Position numbers and translations under genes: made by a program. From positions 32,001 to 96,000 of IMG/VR virus record IMGVR_UViG_3300033146_000946: a stretch of 64,000 bases of DNA; one strand, given 5' to 3'. Below, in pieces: positions 9,787-20,500 of this stretch; positions within the stretch are counted from its first letter, which is position 1; each line of letters starts with the position of its first letter. The notes under the pieces are model-generated. The model was not told the origin of the DNA and made no database searches. It saw only the letters and a program-made list of their open reading frames with translations. The DNA is from a virus.

Positions 9787-12700
9787 TGCCAATAACTGAA
9801 ATTTTAGGTGAAGAAATTGAAAATGATAATGATAGAGTAAACTGGTTTGGTAGAGTAATGGTTGGTGGTATGTCTGTTTTAGGACTTGTTGCTATTGCTA
9901 ATAAGATTGGTGGTCCTACAGGTAAAGCTATAAAATTATCAGTTGGTGATCAATTAGAAGAAGAAGTAATAGATGCTGTTAATAAATATGGAAGACAAGC
10001 TGATAAATTAAAATCACCAAGTAGTTTAAAACATAAATTACCAATTAATGGAAAATTAGAAGTAGTTGGAAAATTACCATCAGAACAAGCAATTTCTAAA
10101 TTTGAACGTGTAGTAAATTCTCAAGATAAAATAAACAAAATGATGGAGACACCAACATCATTATATAATAAAATACATGAACTTGAGCGTTCTATTTCTA
10201 CTGTTATTAATGGTGTTGAAAATGGTGATCCTATGATGAAACAGATTAACGCATTACATGGAATAGTTTCAGCTAAAGTTAGGACAAAAGATGCTAAATC
10301 TGATGCTAATAATTATTTATTAATGGCAACCAAAATAAATGCAATGAGAGATTATAGTACTACTGATGTTAAAGGTGAATTAGCACAATATTTAGATGAA
10401 GATATCTGGTATGATAATTTCTTAACTGAAATGAAACCATCTGATATGATTAAATGGAATCAAAATAATGAAACTTTAATAAAAAGTGATACATCATATG
10501 CTAAAAAATATTATAAACAATTACAAAATTTAGAAAAAGAAATTTTAGCTAATAAAATTGCTAGTTCTGCTAATAGTAATAAAGCATTAGAGCTAACACA
10601 TAATAAATTATATGTAAAAGATGCTTTTATGCCTGTTGGTGATTTATTAAATGATGCAGCAGGTTATGTAATAAATGTTACTAATAAATCTATCGAATTA
10701 TTTTCATCTGATTTTAGTAATAATAAAATGAGTGTTGGAGAAATAAAACAAGTAATCGATAAATCTATATCTAAAAACGTTGGATTAAAATCACAATACG
10801 GATCAGAATTAAGTGATATAGCTCATTTATTAGATCAATTTAAAACTATGAGTAATGGTAAAATTACTAATGTTAAAATGACTTATAAAACCACAGAACA
10901 AAGAGGTGTTGAAAAAGCATATGTTGTAATTAATATAGATAGAAAATATGGAAATAATAATACTAGATCATTTTCTATGAATATACCATTAGTTGATAAA
11001 TTTAATATTGTACCAGATATAACTAATACATCACATTTTGGATATGGTGTTGCAGGTATAATAGAATCATTACCAGGAACAAATAAACCAGCTACAGCAA
11101 TAGATATATCTACTTATTATATGAGAACTGTTAAAGATATGTTAACTCAATCTATAATGAGTGAGGTATTATTTACTGATGAAGAATCATTTAATGATGT
11201 ACAAAAAAAATTAAGAAGACCATTATTAGCAATTCAAGATCAATTAAGTGCATTAAATGGTGAAGCTAGAGATATTTTTGCTACAGGAATGTATATACCA
11301 AAAACGCATTTAGATTTAATTGCTGATAAAACAGGTAGTAAAAAAAGACAATTAGCTGATGGTGCTAAAACAATAATAAATATGTTTAATGATAGTAAAA
11401 GAAATACTAATAATGATGTATCTATTGTTTTAGACTTAGAAACAATTCAATTATTAGGAAATGGTTCAGGAAGATATATGTCTGTAAGAAATACTACTTC
11501 AATTTGGTCTGTAGGTTTTTCTATTTTTAAAGGTAATGAATTAATAGATGGTGATCAGATTTCTTCTATGCATGCTTTAAAAGAGCATGATTTATTACGA
11601 GCATATGAAGTTGATAAAGTTGATAAAGGATATATAGCTAGGATGATTGATGAAAATCCTAATATCCGTAAATTTGCTAGATTTGCACAGAAAACAGTTG
11701 GCGGTTCAACTGGTGATGATTCAGTAAGTTTAGCTATAGCATTAAAAAAACATATAGAAATGGTACTAGATGAATCAAACGGATCATTATCTAAAGTAAC
11801 AACAATGCCAGGTATGGGAAATTTTTCAAGTTCAGTTGAATTTGCTCAATCTTTTGTTAAAATGTTGAAAGCTAAAATACGAGATTTACAAGATACTTTA
11901 CAACCAGGAGCAAAGATCACACTTGAAACTGCAAATGGTACTGATTTCGATATAAGATTATTAGAAACATTAACTGGTGATATGGGTTCTATAAGAGATA
12001 TGGTTGAATTTAAAGATATAACTAATGTAAGTAGAACTATGAAATTTGGTAAAAAAGGTATGTTAGGTGATCAGTTAATGCATATCGTTAACCAGTTAGC
12101 ATGGGATCAAGGATATGATAAAGAACATTTTAATGTAGAAGCTAATCCATTAGAAGCATTAAAACAATTACAAAAGAATGGATTAATGAAAACTAATAAA
12201 AATGGTGGTGATATATTAAAATTTGTTGGCGGTAAAATAAAAGGTAATATGGGTTTACATAATTCAGCATTATTAGATACTGTAATGACAAAAGCTGCAG
12301 TTATATTAGCTGAGAATGTAATTGCTAAAGATACTAGTCATGTAGATAAAGCATATGAAATTTTAAATTTATTAGAAAAATATCAAAGAAAAGATTATGA
12401 AGCAACTATTGCTGATTATATGGAATCATCTTTAGGAGTAATAAATGGTAAACAAGTAACTAAATCTGGTATTAGTATGCAACATCGTGTTGATAATTAT
12501 TATACACATTTTAACGTAGCTGATGTTATGCCATTATTAGCAAATAATCCAGTATCTAAACAAGCAAATCAATATTTAAGACATGGTTGGTTTCAAAAAA
12601 ATGTTAAAGCTGCATATTGGCGATATGGAAAAATGATTACATCTCCAATAGAAGAAGTAGCTACAGATTTAGCATATAGAACTACAGGATTTGATAAAAA

Positions 12701-15700
12701 TAGATTTGCTAATAAAGTTATATTAAATACAGCATATACAATTGGTGGATATGGTATGCAATCTGGATATAGTGCTATACCTAAATTTATAGATGATGAA
12801 TTTGATCAAATGTTATATAATCAAAAACGAGTTCAATTTAATTTTGCTGATACTGATTTTCCAGATGCATCTATGTCTAATACTATTAGAGAAGTATATG
12901 ATAAAGCTATGGTTAGAGCTCGTAAAATGATGAGTGATAAAGGATTAGGTCCAGTTAAAAGTAAGCATAAAATATCCAAAAGTGTATTAGAAGAAGCATT
13001 TAGAATAGAATTAGGAAATATACAAAATAAAGAATCTTTGATATTAGATCCAGAAAACCCAATACATCAAAATATTATGTTTGGTGATGGTAAATTAAAT
13101 ATTAAACAAAATACTCCAGGAAAATTAGTAGGTATTGAATTAGGTGGTGATATTAATAATGATAAACCAGCTTCAATGTTATTATTATTTGATTATAAAT
13201 CTTCTTTAAATTTACAGATAGATCATTTACCAGATAATAAATCAGTTGTTACTAAATTACAACATGTAGATCAAGAAGTACTTAGAACTATGGGTAGAAA
13301 ATATACACATGGATTAATTGAATCACAAGTAGATATGCGTACAATAGAAAAAGGATATACTGGAGAATTACAAAGAAAAGCATTATTAAAAATAATAGGA
13401 CATGTTAATAAAATAGGTCATATTGGGTCATCAGATGCATCTAAGAGAGTATGGACTGATTCAGAAAAATTTGCATCTGATAAAATAATGAAAAAAGTAA
13501 TATCATTGTTTAAAGAAAAAGCTGCAACAGATGGTATGCATGTTGGATCTATTGATGAAGAAAATGGTTTTAAATCATTTATATTTGGTGCATTAAAACC
13601 AGGAACAGTAGATGTTAAAGAACAAATGAATATGTTATCTACTATTAAAATGTCGGATATTATGGATATATTTGGTGAAGCAGGTGGTGATCTCATACAT
13701 GATTATAAAAGTTTAAAAGAATATTATGGTTTATTTAGTAATGATGGTATAATTGAAACTGCTCATAATATCGATTCAAAATTAGTAGCTAAAGGCTTTT
13801 CAGAAAAAGGTACAAAAGAAGGAGATTTATTAGAACAAATGTTAAATATGGATGATACTATAAAAGAAAATAAAGCATTAATAAATCCATTTCAAGCAGC
13901 TGCTAATAAATATAATAGAAAGCATGGTGATAGTGCATTACAAAAAAAATTACAAGGATACATTGATGCTAATGATTTACAATCTGCTGATAATTTAATT
14001 AAGAAATTAAAAATTGGAAAATTATTTCAAGCAGTAGGTGATATGAGTGCAGTTAATAGAAATATTATGGCTGGTAAAACTGGAGATGAAAGGTTTGATA
14101 AATTAATGGGTATTGTTGTTCCTACTATTCATCACTTTAGTGATTCTCAATCTATGAAACAAAAACAAGTTAATAAAACTATTAAATTTCGAGCTAATTA
14201 TTTTGATACAATTTTTCATGAAAATTATTTACCAGAAAGAGTAAAACAAGTATTAGCATCAAGTCAAGGTTGGAAAGCTGACAAAGCAGGTTTAGATTTA
14301 GTTAAAACATCTCGTGCAGTTATAGACATGTTTAAAAATAATAATCTTAGTAAATTAATGACTAATTATAGTTTAAATCAACAACAAATGTTAGATATCA
14401 TTGGTAATCCACTAACTAATAAACAAATAGATAGAGCATTAGAAAGATTAAGTTTAGCTGATGGTAAAAGTTCAAAGAGAAAAGCTGCTATAATTAGTGA
14501 AGTAATAGATAGTATTAAAAAAACAGGAACAACTATATCATTAGAAGAAGAAGAAGAAATAAGATCTAGAAGTATTAATTATTTTAAAGATAAATTGATT
14601 GCAACTAAAAACAGACCTTCTTCTTTATCAGCTACCGAAGCATTACATGTAATATCTTTAAGTGAAGATCAAAATGCTAAAGTAGTTGGTTTAAAATTTT
14701 ATGAATATAAAGAACTTGATAAAGATACAGGAAAATTAGTATCTAAAGTTATATCAAAAGAAACTAGAGCTAAATTAATTAAAAAAGGTATTAGTAAAGA
14801 TCAATTCAAATCATGGGGTGGACAAATTAGATTTGATTTAGAAGATATGATATCTAGATTGAATGAAAAAGAATCTGATCCATTTAATCTACGTCAATTT
14901 ATTGATCATTTTTCACATCTTAAAAATACACCTGGTCGTGCTGATAATAGAATCTTTAATGTCAAAGAAGTTAATGGTAGAAAAATAATTGAAATGAACG
15001 CATTAGTTATGCCAATGTTTAGTGATATTAGAAATGTATTCAATCAAATTGGTGATGTTGAAGGTTATGGTGTTGCTACAAAAGAATTTAAATTAATGCA
15101 AGAAGTCGCTAATGGTTTAAAAGATTATGCTAATTCCTTTATTGATGGTAAAGGTAATAATTCTATGAATAATAGAACTGGTGACGACTTAGCTTTTAAC
15201 TATTTCCAAATGTTAGGTGGAATTATGAATTTTGGAAAAGATTCACAATTATTTGATGCTGTTAAAAAATTCCATTTAGTAGGTAGTAGACATACATATG
15301 GTGTAAGTGATCAACATGTATTATTAGCACAATATACCTTAAAAGGAATAGATGGTAAAAGTACTGGTTCAAAACAAAGAATGTTAGATTTTTTCAAAAA
15401 AAATAATATGGATGCTTCACAACAAAGTGCATTTATGGATCAGATAAGAAGTGTAGCTTTATCTGATGGACATACAGCATTAGTAAATGCTGAAGATTTT
15501 TTTGGTGATAATATAAAAGTAAATACAGGTAATGGTAAAAGTATGACTTTTGGTCAAATGTTATCTGATGCAAAAGCTAATGATAAACATTTATATAATG
15601 AATTATTAAAAATTCAAAATGGTAGAGCAACTATGCCAGGTTTCACTGGTAGATATCCTATCCCATCAGCTGGAGAACTTGGATTATCTATGGTTAATAT

Positions 15701-17291
15701 TTTAGGTCTTAGTAGAGAAGTGATGGATTTTTTAGGTATGAGTACTGATATGACATATTTTAATTCTGTTATAGCTGAAGCTCGTAAAGCTGATACTGAT
15801 GGTGATGAAACTGAGTTAATGCAATTAGGATATAGAACAATCGAACATTTAAATGAAATGAGAGCAGCAACAAAAGAATCACATGCTAGAACTGTAGGTA
15901 GTCATGGACTTCAATATCTTATTAATGAATATAATAGAAGTGGTGCATTAATAGGTAAGGAAATGAAAGGTGGTGTAGAATATTATAAAGTTGGTAAATT
16001 AGCACCTAATGGTTCAATGATTGAAGAATTAGTTACAAAAGATGAATATTTTAATAAATTTGATTCAGGTATATCTAAAAATTTTAAAAAAATTCTTAGT
16101 CAAGACTGGATAGAAGGAACTAATATACATAATATAGCAAATGGTGTAGAACGTCATTTAGCAACAGGTGAAATTGGTACAGCTGCTCAATCATTAATTG
16201 GTTTAATTTCTAATACGATGAGTGAAAGAGTAAAAGATTTACATCGTTTAAATAAAATACTTCCTGATAATGTTCCAACTGATATAAACTTTTTGGATTC
16301 AATTCAATCAATAAAATTTGGTATGGCTAATATGCATCAAACTGCAATTGCTATGGGTAAACATAATACGTTTGAAAAAGCAATAAATTTAGCACATGCT
16401 ATTGGTTTCTGGGAATCAAAAGTTAATAATAAACAAGCTTCACGAGAACAAGTTCAAGCAGCTGAAAAAGCATGGATGCATAATTTTTATGATGATTGGG
16501 ATACAAAAAAATTAAATCCATATTGGGAAAAAAATGACGAAACAAGAGCATTTGTTCAAAAACAACAAGACTTATTTAATACTTTTAAAACTGCTATGCC
16601 ATTTATAGATCAAGTTTATAAAAAAGATCCACAAATAGGAAGATACTTAAAAAATGAAAGCGATTTATCTAGTGGTAAAATGGGAACAGATATTACTGCT
16701 GCATTATGGAATGAATCTATGGATCATGGTATTTATGATGATGCTATATCTCATATTAATTCATCAACTCGAGAAGCAACAGCAGAATTAATTCAACATG
16801 TAATAGATAAACAAAGTGGTGATTTTAAATATGATAATGGACCTACAAAACGAAGTAAAGCTTTTAATCATTTTTATACTAATAATAATATACATGTTAA
16901 AAATGCAATGATGCATGGTGGTAAATTTGCAGCTTTTGGTATGTTAGCAGTTGCAGCATTAAATATGTTTAAACCTATGGCTGGTACTGGAATTGATGCA
17001 CCAGGTGTACATAATAATTTTACTGCTAGTGAATTACAATTAGATAGAAGAATAGCTATAGATCAAGTTGATGCATCTTTTAGTAAAGAAGCATTTGCTT
17101 ATATGAATGATCAAGATTCAACTGCTAGAGAAAAAAAATCATTATATGGTGCTACACAATTAGCAATATATGATAATTTAATTAGACCAGAACCTACTCA
17201 TAAACAATTTAGAAGTAATCTTAATATACAACAGATAAATAGAATGACTTATATTGGTCCATTTGGTAATTCTAATTTTGATAGTAGGTAA
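9786..17291 (+). CDS. Giant virion protein: DEDDh (DnaQ-like) exonuclease fused to putative single-chain two-barrel RNA polymerase
   Basis: Exonuclease motifs LDLET (11430), NGTDFD (11934) and HNSALLD (12258). Beta'-like GRYP (15648) followed by ARKADTDGDE (15780-15809). Weaker beta-like motifs at 12519-14200. Confidence 0.72.
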   Translation: MPITEILGEEIENDNDRVNWFGRVMVGGMSVLGLVAIANKIGGPTGKAIKLSVGDQLEEEVIDAVNKYGRQADKLKSPSSLKHKLPINGKLEVVGKLPSEQAISKFERVVNSQDKINKMMETPTSLYNKIHELERSISTVINGVENGDPMMKQINALHGIVSAKVRTKDAKSDANNYLLMATKINAMRDYSTTDVKGELAQYLDEDIWYDNFLTEMKPSDMIKWNQNNETLIKSDTSYAKKYYKQLQNLEKEILANKIASSANSNKALELTHNKLYVKDAFMPVGDLLNDAAGYVINVTNKSIELFSSDFSNNKMSVGEIKQVIDKSISKNVGLKSQYGSELSDIAHLLDQFKTMSNGKITNVKMTYKTTEQRGVEKAYVVINIDRKYGNNNTRSFSMNIPLVDKFNIVPDITNTSHFGYGVAGIIESLPGTNKPATAIDISTYYMRTVKDMLTQSIMSEVLFTDEESFNDVQKKLRRPLLAIQDQLSALNGEARDIFATGMYIPKTHLDLIADKTGSKKRQLADGAKTIINMFNDSKRNTNNDVSIVLDLETIQLLGNGSGRYMSVRNTTSIWSVGFSIFKGNELIDGDQISSMHALKEHDLLRAYEVDKVDKGYIARMIDENPNIRKFARFAQKTVGGSTGDDSVSLAIALKKHIEMVLDESNGSLSKVTTMPGMGNFSSSVEFAQSFVKMLKAKIRDLQDTLQPGAKITLETANGTDFDIRLLETLTGDMGSIRDMVEFKDITNVSRTMKFGKKGMLGDQLMHIVNQLAWDQGYDKEHFNVEANPLEALKQLQKNGLMKTNKNGGDILKFVGGKIKGNMGLHNSALLDTVMTKAAVILAENVIAKDTSHVDKAYEILNLLEKYQRKDYEATIADYMESSLGVINGKQVTKSGISMQHRVDNYYTHFNVADVMPLLANNPVSKQANQYLRHGWFQKNVKAAYWRYGKMITSPIEEVATDLAYRTTGFDKNRFANKVILNTAYTIGGYGMQSGYSAIPKFIDDEFDQMLYNQKRVQFNFADTDFPDASMSNTIREVYDKAMVRARKMMSDKGLGPVKSKHKISKSVLEEAFRIELGNIQNKESLILDPENPIHQNIMFGDGKLNIKQNTPGKLVGIELGGDINNDKPASMLLLFDYKSSLNLQIDHLPDNKSVVTKLQHVDQEVLRTMGRKYTHGLIESQVDMRTIEKGYTGELQRKALLKIIGHVNKIGHIGSSDASKRVWTDSEKFASDKIMKKVISLFKEKAATDGMHVGSIDEENGFKSFIFGALKPGTVDVKEQMNMLSTIKMSDIMDIFGEAGGDLIHDYKSLKEYYGLFSNDGIIETAHNIDSKLVAKGFSEKGTKEGDLLEQMLNMDDTIKENKALINPFQAAANKYNRKHGDSALQKKLQGYIDANDLQSADNLIKKLKIGKLFQAVGDMSAVNRNIMAGKTGDERFDKLMGIVVPTIHHFSDSQSMKQKQVNKTIKFRANYFDTIFHENYLPERVKQVLASSQGWKADKAGLDLVKTSRAVIDMFKNNNLSKLMTNYSLNQQQMLDIIGNPLTNKQIDRALERLSLADGKSSKRKAAIISEVIDSIKKTGTTISLEEEEEIRSRSINYFKDKLIATKNRPSSLSATEALHVISLSEDQNAKVVGLKFYEYKELDKDTGKLVSKVISKETRAKLIKKGISKDQFKSWGGQIRFDLEDMISRLNEKESDPFNLRQFIDHFSHLKNTPGRADNRIFNVKEVNGRKIIEMNALVMPMFSDIRNVFNQIGDVEGYGVATKEFKLMQEVANGLKDYANSFIDGKGNNSMNNRTGDDLAFNYFQMLGGIMNFGKDSQLFDAVKKFHLVGSRHTYGVSDQHVLLAQYTLKGIDGKSTGSKQRMLDFFKKNNMDASQQSAFMDQIRSVALSDGHTALVNAEDFFGDNIKVNTGNGKSMTFGQMLSDAKANDKHLYNELLKIQNGRATMPGFTGRYPIPSAGELGLSMVNILGLSREVMDFLGMSTDMTYFNSVIAEARKADTDGDETELMQLGYRTIEHLNEMRAATKESHARTVGSHGLQYLINEYNRSGALIGKEMKGGVEYYKVGKLAPNGSMIEELVTKDEYFNKFDSGISKNFKKILSQDWIEGTNIHNIANGVERHLATGEIGTAAQSLIGLISNTMSERVKDLHRLNKILPDNVPTDINFLDSIQSIKFGMANMHQTAIAMGKHNTFEKAINLAHAIGFWESKVNNKQASREQVQAAEKAWMHNFYDDWDTKKLNPYWEKNDETRAFVQKQQDLFNTFKTAMPFIDQVYKKDPQIGRYLKNESDLSSGKMGTDITAALWNESMDHGIYDDAISHINSSTREATAELIQHVIDKQSGDFKYDNGPTKRSKAFNHFYTNNNIHVKNAMMHGGKFAAFGMLAVAALNMFKPMAGTGIDAPGVHNNFTASELQLDRRIAIDQVDASFSKEAFAYMNDQDSTAREKKSLYGATQLAIYDNLIRPEPTHKQFRSNLNIQQINRMTYIGPFGNSNFDSR

Positions 17292-17301
17292 TATATTAAA
17301 G

Positions 17302-17315
17302 ATACTATACTATAT
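17302..17315 (+). promoter_or_regulatory. Candidate phage-specific promoter motif ATACTATACTATAT
   Basis: Third copy of the 14-mer, upstream of the AAGGA RBS and ATG 17333. Confidence 0.5.
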
Positions 17316-17332
17316 TCAAAAAGGACTATAAT

Positions 17333-17506
17333 ATGAGTATAATAGAAACTAATATCGTAGTAGATATAAATGACCCAAATGTAACACCACAAATAATAGC
17401 TCAATTAGAATCAATATTATCAAGTATAAATGGTAAACCCGTGGAAGTTAATGTAATAAATATGGATGATCCCATATCTATGAGTCCATTAAATTATAAA
17501 GTATAA
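17333..17506 (+). CDS. 57-aa hypothetical protein (not in ORF track)
   Basis: MSIIETNIVVDINDPNVTPQ...LNYKV*. AAGGA RBS at 17321. Fills the gap between two giant genes. Confidence 0.7.
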   Translation: MSIIETNIVVDINDPNVTPQIIAQLESILSSINGKPVEVNVINMDDPISMSPLNYKV

Positions 17507-17517
17507 AGGTAAAATAT

Positions 17518-20500
17518 ATGGCATATATAAACGCTAAAAATGTAGAACGAGTATATCATCCAAGTCAATTAACAACATTATTATATAGTATGATTGATAC
17601 CCTTAAAACAGATATTAAATCTAGTTTTAAGATTCCAGGTACCGTATCTACTCGTCATAAATATGATACCGTTTTATCATATGGTAAATATACATCATCC
17701 TTAGAAAAAGTAAAATATAAAGTATCATTTTTACCAGGACATTTAAATTTAAATACATCTAAAGTATCATTTTTACCAGGACATTTAAATTTAAATACAT
17801 CTAAAGCACACACATACGCTTTAGATGTTATCAGTAAATTATATACTGACACATTTAAATTAAAAGTAAGTGATTTCGTATATCAAAATAATCCAGATGT
17901 TGGAACTTTATTAGAATCAAAAGGACGTGGTTTACAACCAGGAGATATTTTATTAGCTAGAGCTTATAGTTCTACTAATAATTCAGAATATATAGATTAT
18001 TTAACAATAGTAATAGAAGCAAATGATGGAAATTTAGTTACTTTTCCAGAATTATATAAAAATAATGCTGATTTATTTAATATTAAATTTATTAGACAAT
18101 ATACTATTACAAAACCAAGTAAAGAATTAGCTACATTAGCTGGAAATACAGGTCATTTATTTTATCAATATAAAAATACATCTAAATTATCCGCTGAAAT
18201 TATTAAATCTACTAGATTAAATGTTGATGGTTATTTACAAATTGGTGATTTAAAATTCTTAGTAGCACCACAACAATTATCTTTTAGTACACAAAATGGT
18301 TATCAATATTTTCCTACTATAAGAACCAATGGTAATCCGAATATTCCAACTGCTCAAGAAGCAAAACAAGTTAATATAACTTTAATATTTCCAAATGTTG
18401 ATTCAATTAATAATCAATTATTACCATTATTTGCTATGTTTAAACGAACACCATTTGTTAATGTTTATAATAAAGATATAAGTATGTTTTTTAGTGAATT
18501 AAAAGATGAAGAGGATTTTGTATCTTTTGCATTAGAAGATTTATATATACAAACAATTAAAGGATTTCCAAATACTCTACAAGCTAATATTACAATATTA
18601 CCATTTCAAAAAGAATCTTTTGGTTCTGCTTTTAAAGCTTTAAAAACATTTGATGATGTAAAATATAAACAAGTTGTTGAAGATTTTAGAACAAGTAGAA
18701 TAGATAATATAGTTGAAAATATTCAAAATAGATTAAATGATAATAAAGAAATTTATGCAACTAATATTTTTAGAAAAGTAAAAGGACCATATTCAAAATA
18801 TGGTTTTAGATTAACTAGTGATTTCACATTAAGTGAACCATTTAGAGCATATTATCAAGGCCTATTAGCATATCGAACTGTAGTAGAAGATGAATTAGGA
18901 AATATTGTTAAGAAATCTAATAGAGAACCTATATATATTGAAGCATTTAGACCAAAAAAAGCAGCCAATCTAATACATAAATATGTAGCTGAACATAATC
19001 AAAATAGACCTATTGTAATGAATTATAGTTATATTGATGAATCAGTTCGAGAATTTAGAAAAAAGATGAATGATCAACAACAAGAAGCTAGACGTAAAGT
19101 AGCTAAACAAACTAGAAGTGCTAGAGAAATGTTTGAAGCAATTGGTGACACATCATTTAATGAATCTTTAAATACAGTAATTCATACTAGACAAGATTTT
19201 TTTGATTCTATATTAGCTACTTATCAATTTTCATCTTTTGATAATTTCTTTTCAAGAGTATTAGTACAATATGGAGTTGAAGTTCATTCTGATAATGATA
19301 TTGAAAAGATATCTGGTTATCTGGATTTATTATTTAAATATTTAAAATTTGGAGTAAAAGTTGATAATGTATCTTGGAATGATTTAGAAGGTGGATTTAA
19401 TTTAGTATTTGGAAATGCTTTTAAATTAGTTAAAAGTAAATATTCATTTAAAGGTGAAGCTAGGGATCAAATAGATTTATTAACAGGATTTACTTTAATT
19501 GATACTAAAACTAATAAAGAAGTATCTACTAAAGAATTTACAAATAATTTATTAACAAAAATTCAAAAATTATATGTTAATATTAAAGATGAAAAAACTA
19601 AATCTGTTATTGCTGCATTTTGGGATAGTATATTTAATACTATTTCTAGTGGTGGAGATGTCGTAGATTTAAATACCTTTATGTTTAAAAATTTAGATGG
19701 AATATTAAGATCAAGTATTACAATAGATAATGTTAATGATATAATAGAAGGTTGGTCTATTTCATATTCTAATAAACTTATACCAATGCAATTATTAGGA
19801 TTTAAATATCCATTTTATCAACATATTGGATCAAATAATATTAATGTTCAATTATCTATTACTTCTTTACAAAATGGACGTAAAGTTGGATTAAAAGATG
19901 AATTTTCAATATTAAATGATAGATTACAACGAACAGCTAAAATAATATTAATGAATATGCCAGAATTATTAAAATTGTATAATTATACAGTATCATTAGA
20001 CACAGTACCACTTGGTAATATTTTTTCTATTTTTGGTTTAAAACAATTAGTATTTAATAATTCTAATGTTAGTAATATTCCAGGTAAACCAAACGCTTGG
20101 GCTATTACTGTTAATTTTACTCAAGATTTATTAACAATACGAGAATATCAATCAATTGATCAAGTGCCTAATACTTTTGGATTTGCTCCTGAAATTGCAA
20201 ATAAATTAATACGATCTAGAATTATAACTGAAGATAATGATCCTAGTGGTTATGCAAAAGGTGATGTTGTAGTTTATGATTTACAATTAAAAAAGACCCT
20301 GAAAGATAGTGATATAGATTCTGTAGATCCTTCTAAATTTGATCAATCGATTTTATCAGTTCTAATGCCAAAAGAAGATTATACAAAATCAGCTGTATCA
20401 GCTGCTGTAGAAGCACAAGATAAAATTGATAAAAAACGATTAGGACCTATTCAACATGGAGATGAAACAACATATATATCAGAAATAAATAATTTATTTA

